From IMG/VR virus record IMGVR_UViG_3300028048_001320: a DNA stretch of 64,000 bases; one strand, given 5' to 3'. Both the position numbers and the translations under genes were made by a program. The notes beneath the pieces were generated by a model. That model had not been told where the DNA came from. It saw nothing but the letters and a program-made list of their open reading frames with translations, and ran no database searches. Below are positions 19,736-29,902 of the stretch, piece by piece. The stretch is from an uncultured virus (IMG/VR IMGVR_UViG_3300028048_001320) (Duplodnaviria > Heunggongvirae > Uroviricota > Caudoviricetes). The first letter of the stretch is position 1, and every line of letters starts with the position of its first letter.

Positions 19736-21262
19736 TTATGTTGATGATTTGGTGTATTTGATGGTTATATCCACCGTGCTACCATTAAACCAGCTTGAGC
19801 ATATAACTCTAATGTCGTTATTAATTCCTTCAACGTCAAGCCTGTCTCCTCCATCGTTATATGACTCTTTAAATCTTATTATATTGCCGCCTCCATCTAT
19901 CTTGTATCCCGTTGCTTCTACAGCAACAAGTGAACCGATATTCTCTCCTGTTTGTATTGTAGTAGTTGTTCCTGTAATGGAGATATTTGGAATTGTCTTT
20001 TGATACAACGTCTCTCCAAAGTAAGTGCCGACAACTCGCTCTGTATCGTCGTAATGAACCATTGGTACACCTAAAGAATCATAATTTCCACTTCCTGCCG
20101 TATCGGATATTTTTGTATATTGTACGGTCAATACAAATGTTCCGCCAGAAAAGTAATTTGATGTAATCACTCTAACACCGTTGCTGTCAAAGCCCACGGA
20201 TGCATAGTCACTGAAGTCTCTGTAAGGTATATTGTATTTATACGAACCATCGCTTACATAGCCGCTAATAGCTGCCACTTCTTCCATGTCGGTTGTATTT
20301 GGTATATAAAAACTTGTGGAACTTATTGTCCCCGTGAATGTCTTTTGATACAGTGGCTTATCGTTCTTCCACGCTCCAATTTCACGTTCTTCTAATGAAT
20401 AGATTTGCGGTGTAAAATAATTTCCACTAACCTTAATACCAACTACTTTCCAAGCTACCATAGGATTAACAGATGCATATCCAACTAATGTTAAATGGGT
20501 TTCATCAACTACAGCGTAACTTGGACAGTTGTTAACATTACTTCCAATATTAACAACACCATTAAATTTACCATCTCTATATAAACTTTTTACTGATACG
20601 ATATTTGTATTGTGATAATTAGTATCACCATTAATTGTCGTATCAAGATATAACAAATCAAACTTATCTATACTTTCTGAAAGAGTAATGGTTTGCGGCG
20701 ATTGTGGATAAAATGTGAGACCATTAGGGTCTTCCCATAAAACAGTTTCGGTATAAACTCCGCCCGATGTGCCACCACCACTTCCGGCTATATCATATAT
20801 AACATCATCAATCTCAATAGTGTTAAGAGTATCGGTTGGCGTACCTTGTGGGTTCGGCACAACAGATGAACTTCCACCACCTCCGCCTCCACCATCAGTA
20901 ATGAAATACATTTTACCATTCATTTTTTCAGCTGGCGTTAAAAGGTCATATTCAGCCTGTGTCAATTCAACATAATCAGCATTTCCACCACCACCCTGTA
21001 ATTCATAAACAGTTCCATTAATTTCAACAGATGTTAATGTATCAGTAGGAGTATCTATTGGATTAGGGCTAACAGTATCTACTTCAACTCTTGCAACACT
21101 ATCCAATCCAATTACAGATTGATTATTAACTAATACATCAACAACTGGCGCTTGAGCTGATATACGATTATTAATTATTGTAATATTATCTCCAGGCGTT
21201 AATAAATCTTGTTTTGTATTTAAAAGCGATTTTTTCGCTAAATATTCTTTTTCATTTGGCAT
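19736..21262 (-). CDS. Tail fibre/receptor-binding protein, paralog of 18509-19723
   Basis: KQDLLTPGDNITI, ELTQAEYDLL...YFITD, same repeated modules. Confidence 0.7.
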   Translation of the reverse strand: MPNEKEYLAKKSLLNTKQDLLTPGDNITIINNRISAQAPVVDVLVNNQSVIGLDSVARVEVDTVSPNPIDTPTDTLTSVEINGTVYELQGGGGNADYVELTQAEYDLLTPAEKMNGKMYFITDGGGGGGGSSSVVPNPQGTPTDTLNTIEIDDVIYDIAGSGGGTSGGVYTETVLWEDPNGLTFYPQSPQTITLSESIDKFDLLYLDTTINGDTNYHNTNIVSVKSLYRDGKFNGVVNIGSNVNNCPSYAVVDETHLTLVGYASVNPMVAWKVVGIKVSGNYFTPQIYSLEEREIGAWKNDKPLYQKTFTGTISSTSFYIPNTTDMEEVAAISGYVSDGSYKYNIPYRDFSDYASVGFDSNGVRVITSNYFSGGTFVLTVQYTKISDTAGSGNYDSLGVPMVHYDDTERVVGTYFGETLYQKTIPNISITGTTTTIQTGENIGSLVAVEATGYKIDGGGNIIRFKESYNDGGDRLDVEGINNDIRVICSSWFNGSTVDITIKYTKSST

Positions 21263-21325
21263 TTAATTCACCTCTTTATGCGGCGGGGGCGTTTAATCCT
21301 ACATTAAACGCCATCCCCGCTTATT

Positions 21326-23779
21326 TTATCTTGCATATAAATATAATATAGAACTAGATGTAACATTTGATTTTCCATTATAAACAGCATTGAGCGATAC
21401 TTGTGCTGTACTAACATTAACCGCAATATAACCATCTGATACACTCGTATATGCATTTGTGTATCTCCAGCTTGTGCTAGATAATGCTACATATGGTAAT
21501 GTAAATGTCCATGCAATAGTATTGTTACCTACAGTTATAACGCAGCATATTTCTGTTGTACCACTTGGTATAGGAATTGCAGTAGTTCCACCTTTATGGT
21601 CTACTTCTACCCAATCTTTTAATCCAAGAGCTGTTCTCCATGCCGAAGGACTTGAAACTGACACTACGTTATTACCCGATGAATCAATACCTAAATTCAA
21701 GTTATTATATTTAACTGTACCACCGACAGTTCGTTTAGTTTCATATTCAACACCAACTTCACCATCAGTTAGATAATAACCTCTAACACGTCCAAATTCT
21801 GTTTGATTAGTATCTCTGAAATAAATACCGTATTGACTCCAATAATCAGATGATGGAGCAGATGTGGTTATATCTAAACTGGAATCATCAGAAAGTATGT
21901 TGTCTGATACAGATATTGAACCATTGATTGTAGCTCCGCTTGCTGTTAACGTACCAGCTAACCATTCATTACCACTCCAATCAAGTGTACGGGCATTACT
22001 AGTGTTTTGCAAAGATGTACCATTTCCAACTATTTCTACATATTGACCTTCACTAGAATTTCGTTCATGGTCAAATCGGATACCCATCGGATGCGTATCC
22101 CAAACAGTAGGATCTTCTCTATTCCATCGTCCAAATACAAGTTGATTCTTTGCAGAAGAACACACATGCTCACCAACAGCAATTGAATTATCTCCGCCAG
22201 CACATAACATGGATTCGTAAGTACCACCTGAACCTATAGCCAATGAATTATATCCAGCAGCTGAAGCTCCTGTCGCTCCAATAATTAATGAATGACCCGT
22301 AATAGTTATATCGTCAGAATAATATGTGCCTCTTATATGAGGAGATGATGTATCATAAGGGTATCCACCTAATATAGGGTAGTCGCTGTTTATTGATGTT
22401 GATATTTGAGTTTGTTTAACATTTTCATCTGTAGTTGCCTTATTATTCCAAACATATTTCTCATGCGTAGTAACAAGTGATAAATCTGTACCACCACTCG
22501 CTGCTGGTTTAGATTCTAATCCTAAGTTAGCTGGCGTAAGATTTACATTTCCAGTTCTGTAAGTAGATTCTGCATTACCTTTAACACCAGTAACGCCACC
22601 ACCAGCACCCGGAGGAACCGCCCATTCTCCATCATTTCGCAAGAATTTGGTTGTATCCGAGCCTAATTGTGCTCCATTGGTGATAGTATTTGCTCCATTA
22701 AATTTAGCAAGATATCCGCTTGTACCTGAACCCGTTACATTGTTTGTAATACTTGGAGTAACTGTTACTGTTTGTGCCGTACCACCTGATGGTGTAACAG
22801 TAAATCCATTAGTACCATTTGCAAATGTATAGGTAGTATCTGTAAATGTTGCATTACTCGGTACATCTGAGTTAACTGTATGACCATTAACTGTCTGTGC
22901 GTTACTTGCAGTGTTTGCATTACCTTGTAATGCACCGATGAATTTTGGCGCAGTTACGTTACCTGAAAAGGTTACATTTTGATTTTCGTCATAGCTATAT
23001 ATGTGACCAGTTTTAGCCATCGTGGACGGCGTAGACCATCCAACACCACCAAAAGCTTTAATTTGTGAAACACTTAAACCAATATAGTTAGTATTTCCAC
23101 CTGTGCCATCTTTAAATATGAAACGAACTCTTCCATATTGAGAAGATGGACTATTACCATAGGTAGCAAATGAATTTACATTTAATACATTATAACCACT
23201 CCAACCACCGATAGGTATCCAATCAGTATGGTCTATAAAAGTAGTAGGAGTGCTCTGTAATGCTTTTTGTATTTTACATATACAATTTGCACTCCCGTTA
23301 GTACCTACGTAAATAATAAATTTATTTAAATAAGTATAAACTCCCGCAACCCCTGTATCTATTGTGATTCTCAATTGATACAAACCAGGATGTTCGGTTG
23401 CTTTATGTGTACTATCTGCTTTACCTATTATAAGACCTCCACCTTGAGCAAATATCTGTTGTTTTTGAGTGTTTGTAGCACCATAGTCAGTCCAAGTAGT
23501 TCCACCATCTCTAGTATACTCAACAGTAATTGCATCAGCTTTAATAAATTGAAATCTATTAGCGCCAAGTTCATCCATAAGAGCGGCATCAATACATCCA
23601 TAACTTGCTGAAAAATTCTTGCCACCCCATGTTAAATTTGCTTCATCAAGAGCACCAATAAACTTTGGAGCAGTGAGGTTTCCTGTCATAGTGTCACCAG
23701 TTTTGGCAACTTTACTATTATCCTTTATATCATAAACTTTATTATCGGGAAGTTTTATTTGGCTTATTATGTCTGCCAT
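21326..23779 (-). CDS. Long tail fibre protein
   Basis: KTGDTMTGNL, repeated TAPKFIGAL, GVKGNAESTYRTGNVNLT, VGNG...SNARTLDWSGN. Confidence 0.75.
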   Translation of the reverse strand: MADIISQIKLPDNKVYDIKDNSKVAKTGDTMTGNLTAPKFIGALDEANLTWGGKNFSASYGCIDAALMDELGANRFQFIKADAITVEYTRDGGTTWTDYGATNTQKQQIFAQGGGLIIGKADSTHKATEHPGLYQLRITIDTGVAGVYTYLNKFIIYVGTNGSANCICKIQKALQSTPTTFIDHTDWIPIGGWSGYNVLNVNSFATYGNSPSSQYGRVRFIFKDGTGGNTNYIGLSVSQIKAFGGVGWSTPSTMAKTGHIYSYDENQNVTFSGNVTAPKFIGALQGNANTASNAQTVNGHTVNSDVPSNATFTDTTYTFANGTNGFTVTPSGGTAQTVTVTPSITNNVTGSGTSGYLAKFNGANTITNGAQLGSDTTKFLRNDGEWAVPPGAGGGVTGVKGNAESTYRTGNVNLTPANLGLESKPAASGGTDLSLVTTHEKYVWNNKATTDENVKQTQISTSINSDYPILGGYPYDTSSPHIRGTYYSDDITITGHSLIIGATGASAAGYNSLAIGSGGTYESMLCAGGDNSIAVGEHVCSSAKNQLVFGRWNREDPTVWDTHPMGIRFDHERNSSEGQYVEIVGNGTSLQNTSNARTLDWSGNEWLAGTLTASGATINGSISVSDNILSDDSSLDITTSAPSSDYWSQYGIYFRDTNQTEFGRVRGYYLTDGEVGVEYETKRTVGGTVKYNNLNLGIDSSGNNVVSVSSPSAWRTALGLKDWVEVDHKGGTTAIPIPSGTTEICCVITVGNNTIAWTFTLPYVALSSTSWRYTNAYTSVSDGYIAVNVSTAQVSLNAVYNGKSNVTSSSILYLYAR

Positions 23780-23793
23780 AATATCCCTCCTTC

Positions 23794-24882
23794 CTATGAG
23801 ACTGTGACAGACTTTCCTTCTGTAGTTGCAACTGCTGTACTAGAAGTAAAGGTTGCTGGAACATTTACCGAACCAGTTGAAGTCATTGATGCACCACTGA
23901 ATGATGCGTCTGTTGCTACGTTTGAAGCCGTCTTAAAATAAGTATCAGTACCAGTAAATGTTTGAGCTGCAGCAGTACCACTGATCGTACCTGAACTGGA
24001 TGAACCTTCAAATACAAGATTAGTACCAGTGCCAGCAAATGAATAAGATGCGTCACCATTCTTTACTGTTACATTAGACGTAGTAATAGAATCTCCACTT
24101 GTTTCAATTATTTTCTTTAACGACAATGTTTCGTCTGAAACTGAAAAATATATGAGTTCCCCAGTTGCTGTAGTTGAACTAGGATTTGCAACATCCATGT
24201 CTGTAACAACAGTCTTTGATGTCGGATTCTTTATTGTTGTGGTTGAACCCGCCGAAGAAACTGACACGCTACCCGCTGGTGTATAATTAGCAGTACCGCT
24301 ACCAGTTTTAATACTTCCTGAAGGAGTTACCGAACAAGTACCCGAAACGCTTGAAGATGCATTACTACCAGCTGGAGTATACTTGTTAGCAGCAGTTCCC
24401 GTAGATGACGGGGTAATTTCTACCGCACTTTTAGTAACACTTACTGAACCTGTAGTTGTACCAGTTACGCTTACGGATTCACTAGAAGAAGTGGCAGTAG
24501 TAGTGGTAGTAGTAAATGTTTTCGGGATTCCCGAAACAGTACCTGATGCTGAATCCTTCCATGCAAGAGCACCTAAATCCGCACTCTTCGCATATTCGGA
24601 AAGATCAGGTGCAGTAATAGTACCGAGTTTCTCCCAAACATATCTAGGAGATGCACCACTACCTTTATCAATTGTAATATATTCTTCATAAGTATCTTGA
24701 GTTCCCGGAGTCTCGGCAGCTACAAGATATATTTTATACATTGTTGTGGATGCAGCAGTCGGTAATTCGTTAACCACTAAATAATCAAACTGATTCAGCT
24801 GACTTATCATCTGACGAGCTGTAGCATCCTTGAGATCATAAGTAGACCCACTAGGCAACATGATTTTACTTAAATCTGGCAT
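23794..24882 (-). CDS. S/T/G-rich virion fibre protein
   Basis: YDLKDATAR, LGALAWKDSASG, YTPAGS repeats. Confidence 0.7.
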   Translation of the reverse strand: MPDLSKIMLPSGSTYDLKDATARQMISQLNQFDYLVVNELPTAASTTMYKIYLVAAETPGTQDTYEEYITIDKGSGASPRYVWEKLGTITAPDLSEYAKSADLGALAWKDSASGTVSGIPKTFTTTTTTATSSSESVSVTGTTTGSVSVTKSAVEITPSSTGTAANKYTPAGSNASSSVSGTCSVTPSGSIKTGSGTANYTPAGSVSVSSAGSTTTIKNPTSKTVVTDMDVANPSSTTATGELIYFSVSDETLSLKKIIETSGDSITTSNVTVKNGDASYSFAGTGTNLVFEGSSSSGTISGTAAAQTFTGTDTYFKTASNVATDASFSGASMTSTGSVNVPATFTSSTAVATTEGKSVTVS

Positions 24883-24899
24883 ATGTATTTCCTCCTTTT

Positions 24900-25454
24900 T
24901 TAATCTTTAGTAAAAACTAATTTCTCATTATCTAATGTAGAAATAAAACAAGTAACTTTATTATCCCATTTATCTCTATCTTTTTGGCTAACATGAATTA
25001 ATTCGTCAGTAATATGTTTAGCATATATTTCATCTATAAATGGTAAATCTATAACATAGGCTTTACCATCTCCAATTTTAACACCAGGTATAAAATTACC
25101 TTCATCATCTTGAGTATAATCTGCCCAAATATACAAAGCGCCTTCTTCAGAGATTATAGAAGGTGTATTATTCCACTCTTCAGTTGTTTTGTAAATAAAT
25201 GGAAGTTGTACTTGTGATTGAACAACACCCCCGCCATCCAATACTATTATATTACCTTCTCTTGATAAAGTATAGACAGTACCTGGTCCTATTTCTTGAA
25301 TAGCATCTTTAACAAATTCAGTAGTAGCAATTCTTGTGGAATCATCACCTGTGGCGGGTGTAGGCGCGGTAGGCTCACCTGTAAAATGTGGACTATTTAA
25401 ATCAGCTTTCTTTTCTAATTTTTTCTTTAATAAGCCATATGTAATTATATCCAT
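24900..25454 (-). CDS. Tail fibre-related protein
   Basis: SPHFTGEPTAPTPATGDDSTRIATTEFV fibre repeat; KIGDG; HVSQKDRDKWDNK. Confidence 0.7.
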   Translation of the reverse strand: MDIITYGLLKKKLEKKADLNSPHFTGEPTAPTPATGDDSTRIATTEFVKDAIQEIGPGTVYTLSREGNIIVLDGGGVVQSQVQLPFIYKTTEEWNNTPSIISEEGALYIWADYTQDDEGNFIPGVKIGDGKAYVIDLPFIDEIYAKHITDELIHVSQKDRDKWDNKVTCFISTLDNEKLVFTKD

Positions 25455-25645
25455 TAAATCATCACCCACTCTCCTTGTGTATTTAACATATATACATCAC
25501 TAGTAGATATTACAATTGCAACACTACCAGATTTAACCTCTTTTTTATCTGTTGGAAGAGAAGCTATATCTGCGGGTGTATCAACAGCATATTCTGTATA
25601 ATAAGCATCTTGTTGATTTCCTTGTTTGATTGTAGTAAAACCCAT
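25454..25645 (-). CDS. Small virion-associated protein
   Basis: DIASLPT...GSVAIV...YMLNTQGEW. Confidence 0.6.
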   Translation of the reverse strand: MGFTTIKQGNQQDAYYTEYAVDTPADIASLPTDKKEVKSGSVAIVISTSDVYMLNTQGEWVMI

Positions 25646-25874
25646 ATTATAAGTCCTCCTTATTTCTTATTTATAGTTTATTTAAAAAAAACATACCAGA
25701 GTTTAAAGTGATTTGTCTTAAATCGGTTTAAAAAAGTTGAAATCCTATTTTGATTTCGTGCGGCGGCCGCTCCCATCCCAGCCCCCCATAAACACAAAAA
25801 AGCAGAGAACTTATAAAAGTTCTCTGCTTAAAATATGTACTCAGAGAGGTAAAAAGTACATAAAAAGGGAAATC

Positions 25875-26099
25875 TTATTCAGATTTTGTAGCGGCTTCGC
25901 GCCTTGCTTTAATCATTTTAGCCTTACGAATAGTATCTTTATTCGTTAGCTTTTTCTGTTCATATAGTTGGAGAAGTTTGTCCTCTTCTGCAATTCGCTT
26001 ATCATAAAGTTTCTGTGCTTCTTTTTCTAACTCTTCTCTTGTCATTTTATTACCATATTTTGCCATAAAACTCTGAATCTGTCCATACTTTGTTTTCAT
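25875..26099 (-). CDS. Small basic protein
   Basis: AGGAG RBS; terminator at 25801-25828. Confidence 0.55.
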   Translation of the reverse strand: MKTKYGQIQSFMAKYGNKMTREELEKEAQKLYDKRIAEEDKLLQLYEQKKLTNKDTIRKAKMIKARREAATKSE

Positions 26100-26121
26100 A
26101 ACTCTTCTCCTTCTATTAACT

Positions 26122-26729
26122 TTGATAACTTAATTATAATAATATTATTTAGACTTTCGCCTTACTTACGATACCTTCTTCTTTATTAGACTAATGAAAC
26201 GATAAGGCTGAGCTAAGGTAGCTACTCCTTAACTTCTTACCGTGGATTAAATCCTTAAAATTCATAGTGGATTGTTTACCACTAACTTTCACGCGCCATT
26301 CAGCATATTTTTTAAAAACTGAGTATCCCAAACTCATTCATTAAAATTATATCTTTTAATTGTACCGTGGATTTGCGCTACTTGTACCTGACACCTTCTC
26401 ATTATAGATTATCACTAATCATCAACCACGTACCCTCTTGTTTGGTATTTCAAAGGTTTACCACAGTCACCAGCTAAAGCCTAACTTTGATTCTTCTCCA
26501 CAGGAGCGTCTATTACGAAAGCGAGAAGACCAGTGTCCTAAAAAGCGATATTTTCAGTACTTGCTACTCTTGACCAATCTTTTTATAGACGGGCATTATT
26601 TACATCACTGCAAATAATTTAAAACTTCAAAGTATCCTTATCAGTTTTATTTATCATTTAGTAGCAATCTCAGCAGCATGGTATTGCTTCTTCACTGAGT
26701 TAAAAATATTATTATAATTAAGTTATCAA
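26122..26729 (-). ncRNA. ROOL-like large structured RNA
   Basis: About 600 nt without a long ORF, closed by a perfect 25-bp inverted repeat (26122-26146/26705-26729). Own TTGACA/TATAAT promoter (about 26748-26776). 3' half reads CAAGTAGCGCAAAT, GTGAAAGTTAGTGGTAAACAATCCAC, GGAGTAGCTACCTTAGCTCAG, GGCGAAAGTCT, which I recall from ROOL; adjacent to tRNAs. Confidence 0.75.
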
Positions 26730-26780
26730 TGTTCATTTTCTATAAATATTATATCAAAAAATTTTTAATTTGTCAAATTA

Positions 26781-26896
26781 TTCTCTAAGTGGAGATTTGC
26801 ACTCCACATAACACATTGGTTTCACCCAACACGGTTTATGACAACCGTTCGTCTATTGATGCACCAAATAGCGTCTACCTATTCCGCCACTAGAGA
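26781..26896 (-). ncRNA. tRNA-like RNA with enlarged anticodon region
   Basis: Acceptor TCTCTAG/TTAGAGA, D-arm GCGGAATAGGTAGACGC, T-arm GTGGAG-TGCAAAT-CTCCAC; about 60 nt between D and T arms. Confidence 0.7.
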
Positions 26897-26927
26897 AACT
26901 AACCTTTTTGTTTTTGAAAGAAGATCG

Positions 26928-26998
26928 CTGGGGGCGAGGGTTACGCTCCCCCACCTCATGAGTCAAAGTCATGCGCGCTGCTACTACGCTAGCCCCCA
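26928..26998 (-). tRNA. tRNA-Gln(TTG)
   Basis: Cloverleaf; CATGA-CTTTGAC-TCATG. Confidence 0.88.
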
Positions 26999-27008
26999 TT
27001 ATATTAAT

Positions 27009-27767
27009 CTAAATATTCTCCCATTCTATATCAGAATATTTAGTAATATCAACTTTTTTACTAGGAAGATTATATTTTTTACACCATTTACGAATAGCAT
27101 TATCGCTTACACCATAATCTTTACCTATTTGAGTAAAAGGCATAGTTCTAATTTTCATCTTTAATTCATCTCTTGTTAAGGGTAAGATATTTTGCTGTGC
27201 TTTATATTTATTAGCACAATCTCTACATCTTATAGCTTGAATAGAAATTTCTTTCCCACAATCAATACATTTATGTTGAGTAAAACCTTTCTTTTTAGAA
27301 AAATCTCTATTTACTCTCATCTTTTTATATCCTGTTGTTTCTAATTGTTGATTACAATTAGGGCAAACCCATCTTAAATTTTCTAGTCTATTATCTTTAT
27401 TATGTCCATTAATATGGTCAAGTATTAAAGTTAATTCTTTATTTTGCCATATTGGTAACTGCCCACAAATACTACAAACATAAGGAGTATAGTTACCTCT
27501 TATATACCACTTTCTTAAAGTTGCTTGTGATGCAGTTGAGTTTTCCATAAAAACATTTTCTTCTGTTCTTACAACTTTTTTATTTTGTAACGATGTAAAG
27601 TGAGAATAATCAATATTATATAATTCTAATCTTTTTTTAACTGTTTGATGATTATTACCGCTATGTGTTGTATATCCAATAGCTTGAATAACTTCTTTCA
27701 TATTATGAGATTTATTTACAATTTCTTGTAGTTCTTCTTTTGAATATTGGTCTATAATTGATGACAT
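27009..27767 (-). CDS. Free-standing HNH homing endonuclease
   Basis: CSICG...LDHINGHNKDNRLENLRWVCPNCN; C-terminal Zn finger and HTH. Confidence 0.9.
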   Translation of the reverse strand: MSSIIDQYSKEELQEIVNKSHNMKEVIQAIGYTTHSGNNHQTVKKRLELYNIDYSHFTSLQNKKVVRTEENVFMENSTASQATLRKWYIRGNYTPYVCSICGQLPIWQNKELTLILDHINGHNKDNRLENLRWVCPNCNQQLETTGYKKMRVNRDFSKKKGFTQHKCIDCGKEISIQAIRCRDCANKYKAQQNILPLTRDELKMKIRTMPFTQIGKDYGVSDNAIRKWCKKYNLPSKKVDITKYSDIEWENI

Positions 27768-27961
27768 TATTTTTCTCCTTTCTTTTTCATATTATATATA
27801 AAAAAGATTGAAGTTCAATTTTTGAAATTCGACCAAAAAATTTTTTACTATTTGCCTTTACAGACGCATCTGTGTTTGCTGACTACCAATAGTTTGGCGG
27901 AAGTAGTTTTCATCCTTCGATATGTCCTAAAACATAACCCGCTATTTAATTTAATTTTATA

Positions 27962-28075
27962 AATAGTTAAGGTTCAGGCGTCAAGGATAACATGTTCCTT
28001 CCGTCGCTTTCACCAGCATAGCTGTTTCCATCTTTTAATACTTAACGGACTAAAACGATAAGTACCTTAACTATT
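27962..28075 (-). ncRNA. Unassigned small structured RNA
   Basis: 12-bp closing stem AATAGTTAAGGT/ACCTTAACTATT with internal hairpins, directly 3' of tRNA-Leu. Confidence 0.45.
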
Positions 28076-28077
28076 AG

Positions 28078-28161
28078 TGCGACTGATGGGATTCGAACCC
28101 ATAATGTCTCTTCGTGACGGATTTTAAGTCCGTTGTGTCTCGCCTATTGCACCACAGTCGC
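28078..28161 (-). tRNA. tRNA-Leu(TAA)
   Basis: ACGGA-CTTAAAA-TCCGT, long variable arm, GGTTCGAATCC. Confidence 0.92.
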
Positions 28162-28356
28162 ATATTGCGGGGAGCACGTTCAAGGAGTCCTTGAACGCCA
28201 GCCCGCGCTCCTTTTATCTCTTTCTATTGTGAAACCTCTGTGCTAATATGCTTACACCACTTGACCTGAGGAAGAAAGAAAATGTACAGCTAATATAGGA
28301 AAGAGGAAGTTCCACTGTACATTTGTAAAAAGCATATAAGTATAAATACTTATTCT

Positions 28357-28716
28357 AGGACATATGCTAAATCCTGTGTAGTTTAGTAAGTCTACCAACT
28401 TTTTGCCAGTCTTAGCCTGCCGAGAACGGACAGCGATTCCTTTATCTCCAGAGTCTATTGTCTGGCGAGTTTTCGTAGTTCCCTAGTCCACCGTATGACC
28501 GTGAGTCTCCACTTGATTTTACTCTACTCGGTTATCTAATCCCTACTGGCTTAATTAAAAATTAAGATATTTTCAATGCGCATTTACTCATATAGCTTCT
28601 CTCGCAGCCACCCGCCATGTCTCTTCCATATGGTACGTCATCTGAATTAACCCTCCATCAGCATAGGATACCTTCCAACGTCATTTTACATAGGCAAGAC
28701 TAGTCGGTATATTCCT
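28357..28716 (-). ncRNA. Unassigned large (about 360 nt) multi-stem RNA
   Basis: No ORF; nested long-range helices AGGAATAT/ATATGTCCT, TACCGACT/AGTTGGTA, CTAGTCTTGCCT/AGGCTAAGACTGG. Confidence 0.6.
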
Positions 28717-28728
28717 GAGAGCCTTGAG

Positions 28729-28800
28729 TTGCAGAGACGGGACTTGAACCCGTAACACGTGAGCATGAATCACGCAAGTTTCCAATTACTCCACTCTGCG
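28729..28800 (-). tRNA. tRNA-Met(CAT), initiator-like C1xA72
   Basis: CGCAGAG/CTCTGCA acceptor; CGTGA-TTCATGC-TCACG. Confidence 0.85.
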
Positions 28801-28949
28801 ATATATAACTCCGAATTATTTATCCTCCCTCGGAGCAACAGGACTTAACTCACTTCTTCTCGGAGCTATAGAGCAGTCGGTTCTATGTCAAGGCTCGCAG
28901 TAAAAACTGGATTTAGACGGAAACCGATAAGCCACTTAATATCCTTTTT

Positions 28950-29021
28950 TACCCCATACAGGAGTCGAACCCGTATCTTGCGGTTCGTAGCCGCTTGCTT
29001 TCTCCATTAAGCTAATGGGAT
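28950..29021 (-). tRNA. tRNA-Arg(ACG)
   Basis: GCGG-CTACGAA-CCGC; GGTTCGACTCC. Confidence 0.9.
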
Positions 29022-29023
29022 AC

Positions 29024-29148
29024 ATTTGAACAGTATTATGACACTCTATTTGTCTGCAATACACACAGTTGTAGAAGTTTTATAAAAGTTATTATTCACA
29101 GGTATGGGCGGGGCGTGCTTAATAACAATTATTTTTATTTGTTCAAAT
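29024..29148 (-). ncRNA. Small RNA with C-rich loop
   Basis: ATTTGAACA/TGTTCAAAT closing stem; GTTATTA..CAC-GCCCCGCCCATACCT-GTG..TAATAAC; promoter at about 29190-29226. Confidence 0.5.
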
Positions 29149-29229
29149 TATATATAAAAGCTAAAGCTTTTATTACTTTTTTCATCTTACATATATATTA
29201 TATCAAAAATTTTTATAAAATGCAAATTA

Positions 29230-29451
29230 TTACCAAGTAACATCAATATAAACTTTTTCACCTGGCTGACATCCATGTTCAAGAAGATAATCATTAAGTA
29301 GTTTAAGCGAAGGCTCTGCTTCTTCTGAAGATTCTACCCAAAAACCAGTAGCAACATCATTACTACCTTCATAACCTATATAATCAAGCAAATCATCAAT
29401 ACCAATAGCATCTTCAAGTTTTTGTCTGTCAAACATTTTTACTAATTTCAT
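29230..29451 (-). CDS. Hypothetical protein
   Basis: GAGGTG RBS and promoter. Confidence 0.6.
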   Translation of the reverse strand: MKLVKMFDRQKLEDAIGIDDLLDYIGYEGSNDVATGFWVESSEEAEPSLKLLNDYLLEHGCQPGEKVYIDVTW

Positions 29452-29515
29452 ATAATTATCACCTCATTTATTTTTTCTATAATAATTATAACAAAAATTT
29501 AATAAAAATACAAAT

Positions 29516-29588
29516 GGTGACTAATGGGACTTGCACCCATATCTTTCAGAATCACAATCTGAAGCATTGCTAATTATGCTATAGTCAC
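29516..29588 (-). tRNA. tRNA-His(GTG)
   Basis: TCAGA-TTGTGAT-TCTGA; C73. Confidence 0.88.
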
Positions 29589-29590
29589 AG

Positions 29591-29662
29591 TCACTCCTAT
29601 GGTAGTCGAAACCATGTCTACGGGATGAAAACCCGTTGTTCTTACCGCTAAACTAAGGAGCG
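29591..29662 (-). tRNA. tRNA-Glu(TTC)
   Basis: ACGGG-TTTTCAT-CCCGT. Confidence 0.88.
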
Positions 29663-29797
29663 TTATAAGCAACTTTCTTTCGCTTTTAAAGCTAAGATGG
29701 TTTATGGTAAGTTGCCACCTTTATAATTCTCCACGTTCACTGATACCATCCCAGATTCCGTTTCATAGATTCTACACTTAGGCGGTGAGCACCATAA

Positions 29798-29869
29798 CGA
29801 CTCTACAGAGAATTGAACTCTGACCTACGGAGCGACAGTCCGTCATTCTAACCATTAAACCACAGAGCC
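29798..29869 (-). tRNA. tRNA-Asp(GTC)
   Basis: ACGGA-CTGTCGC-TCCGT. Confidence 0.92.
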
Positions 29870-29902
29870 ATATTCGGACTTTTGTTTCATCAACAAAAGT
29901 CC

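Noticed and set aside
18509..24882. Diversity-generating retroelement in tail fibres
   Set aside because: No reverse transcriptase and no adenine-specific TR/VR pair seen.
27962..28075. tracrRNA/Cas9 repeat-like words (TAGTCCGTTA, CAGCATAGC)
   Set aside because: Short matches on opposite strands with no Cas context; likely chance.
28357..28716. RNase P RNA
   Set aside because: Size fits, but GAGGAAAGUCC and the 3' CGGCUUA signature are absent.
28877..29796. Theta/HDV-like ribozymes after tRNAs
   Set aside because: Could not build the nested double pseudoknot directly at any tRNA 3' end by eye.
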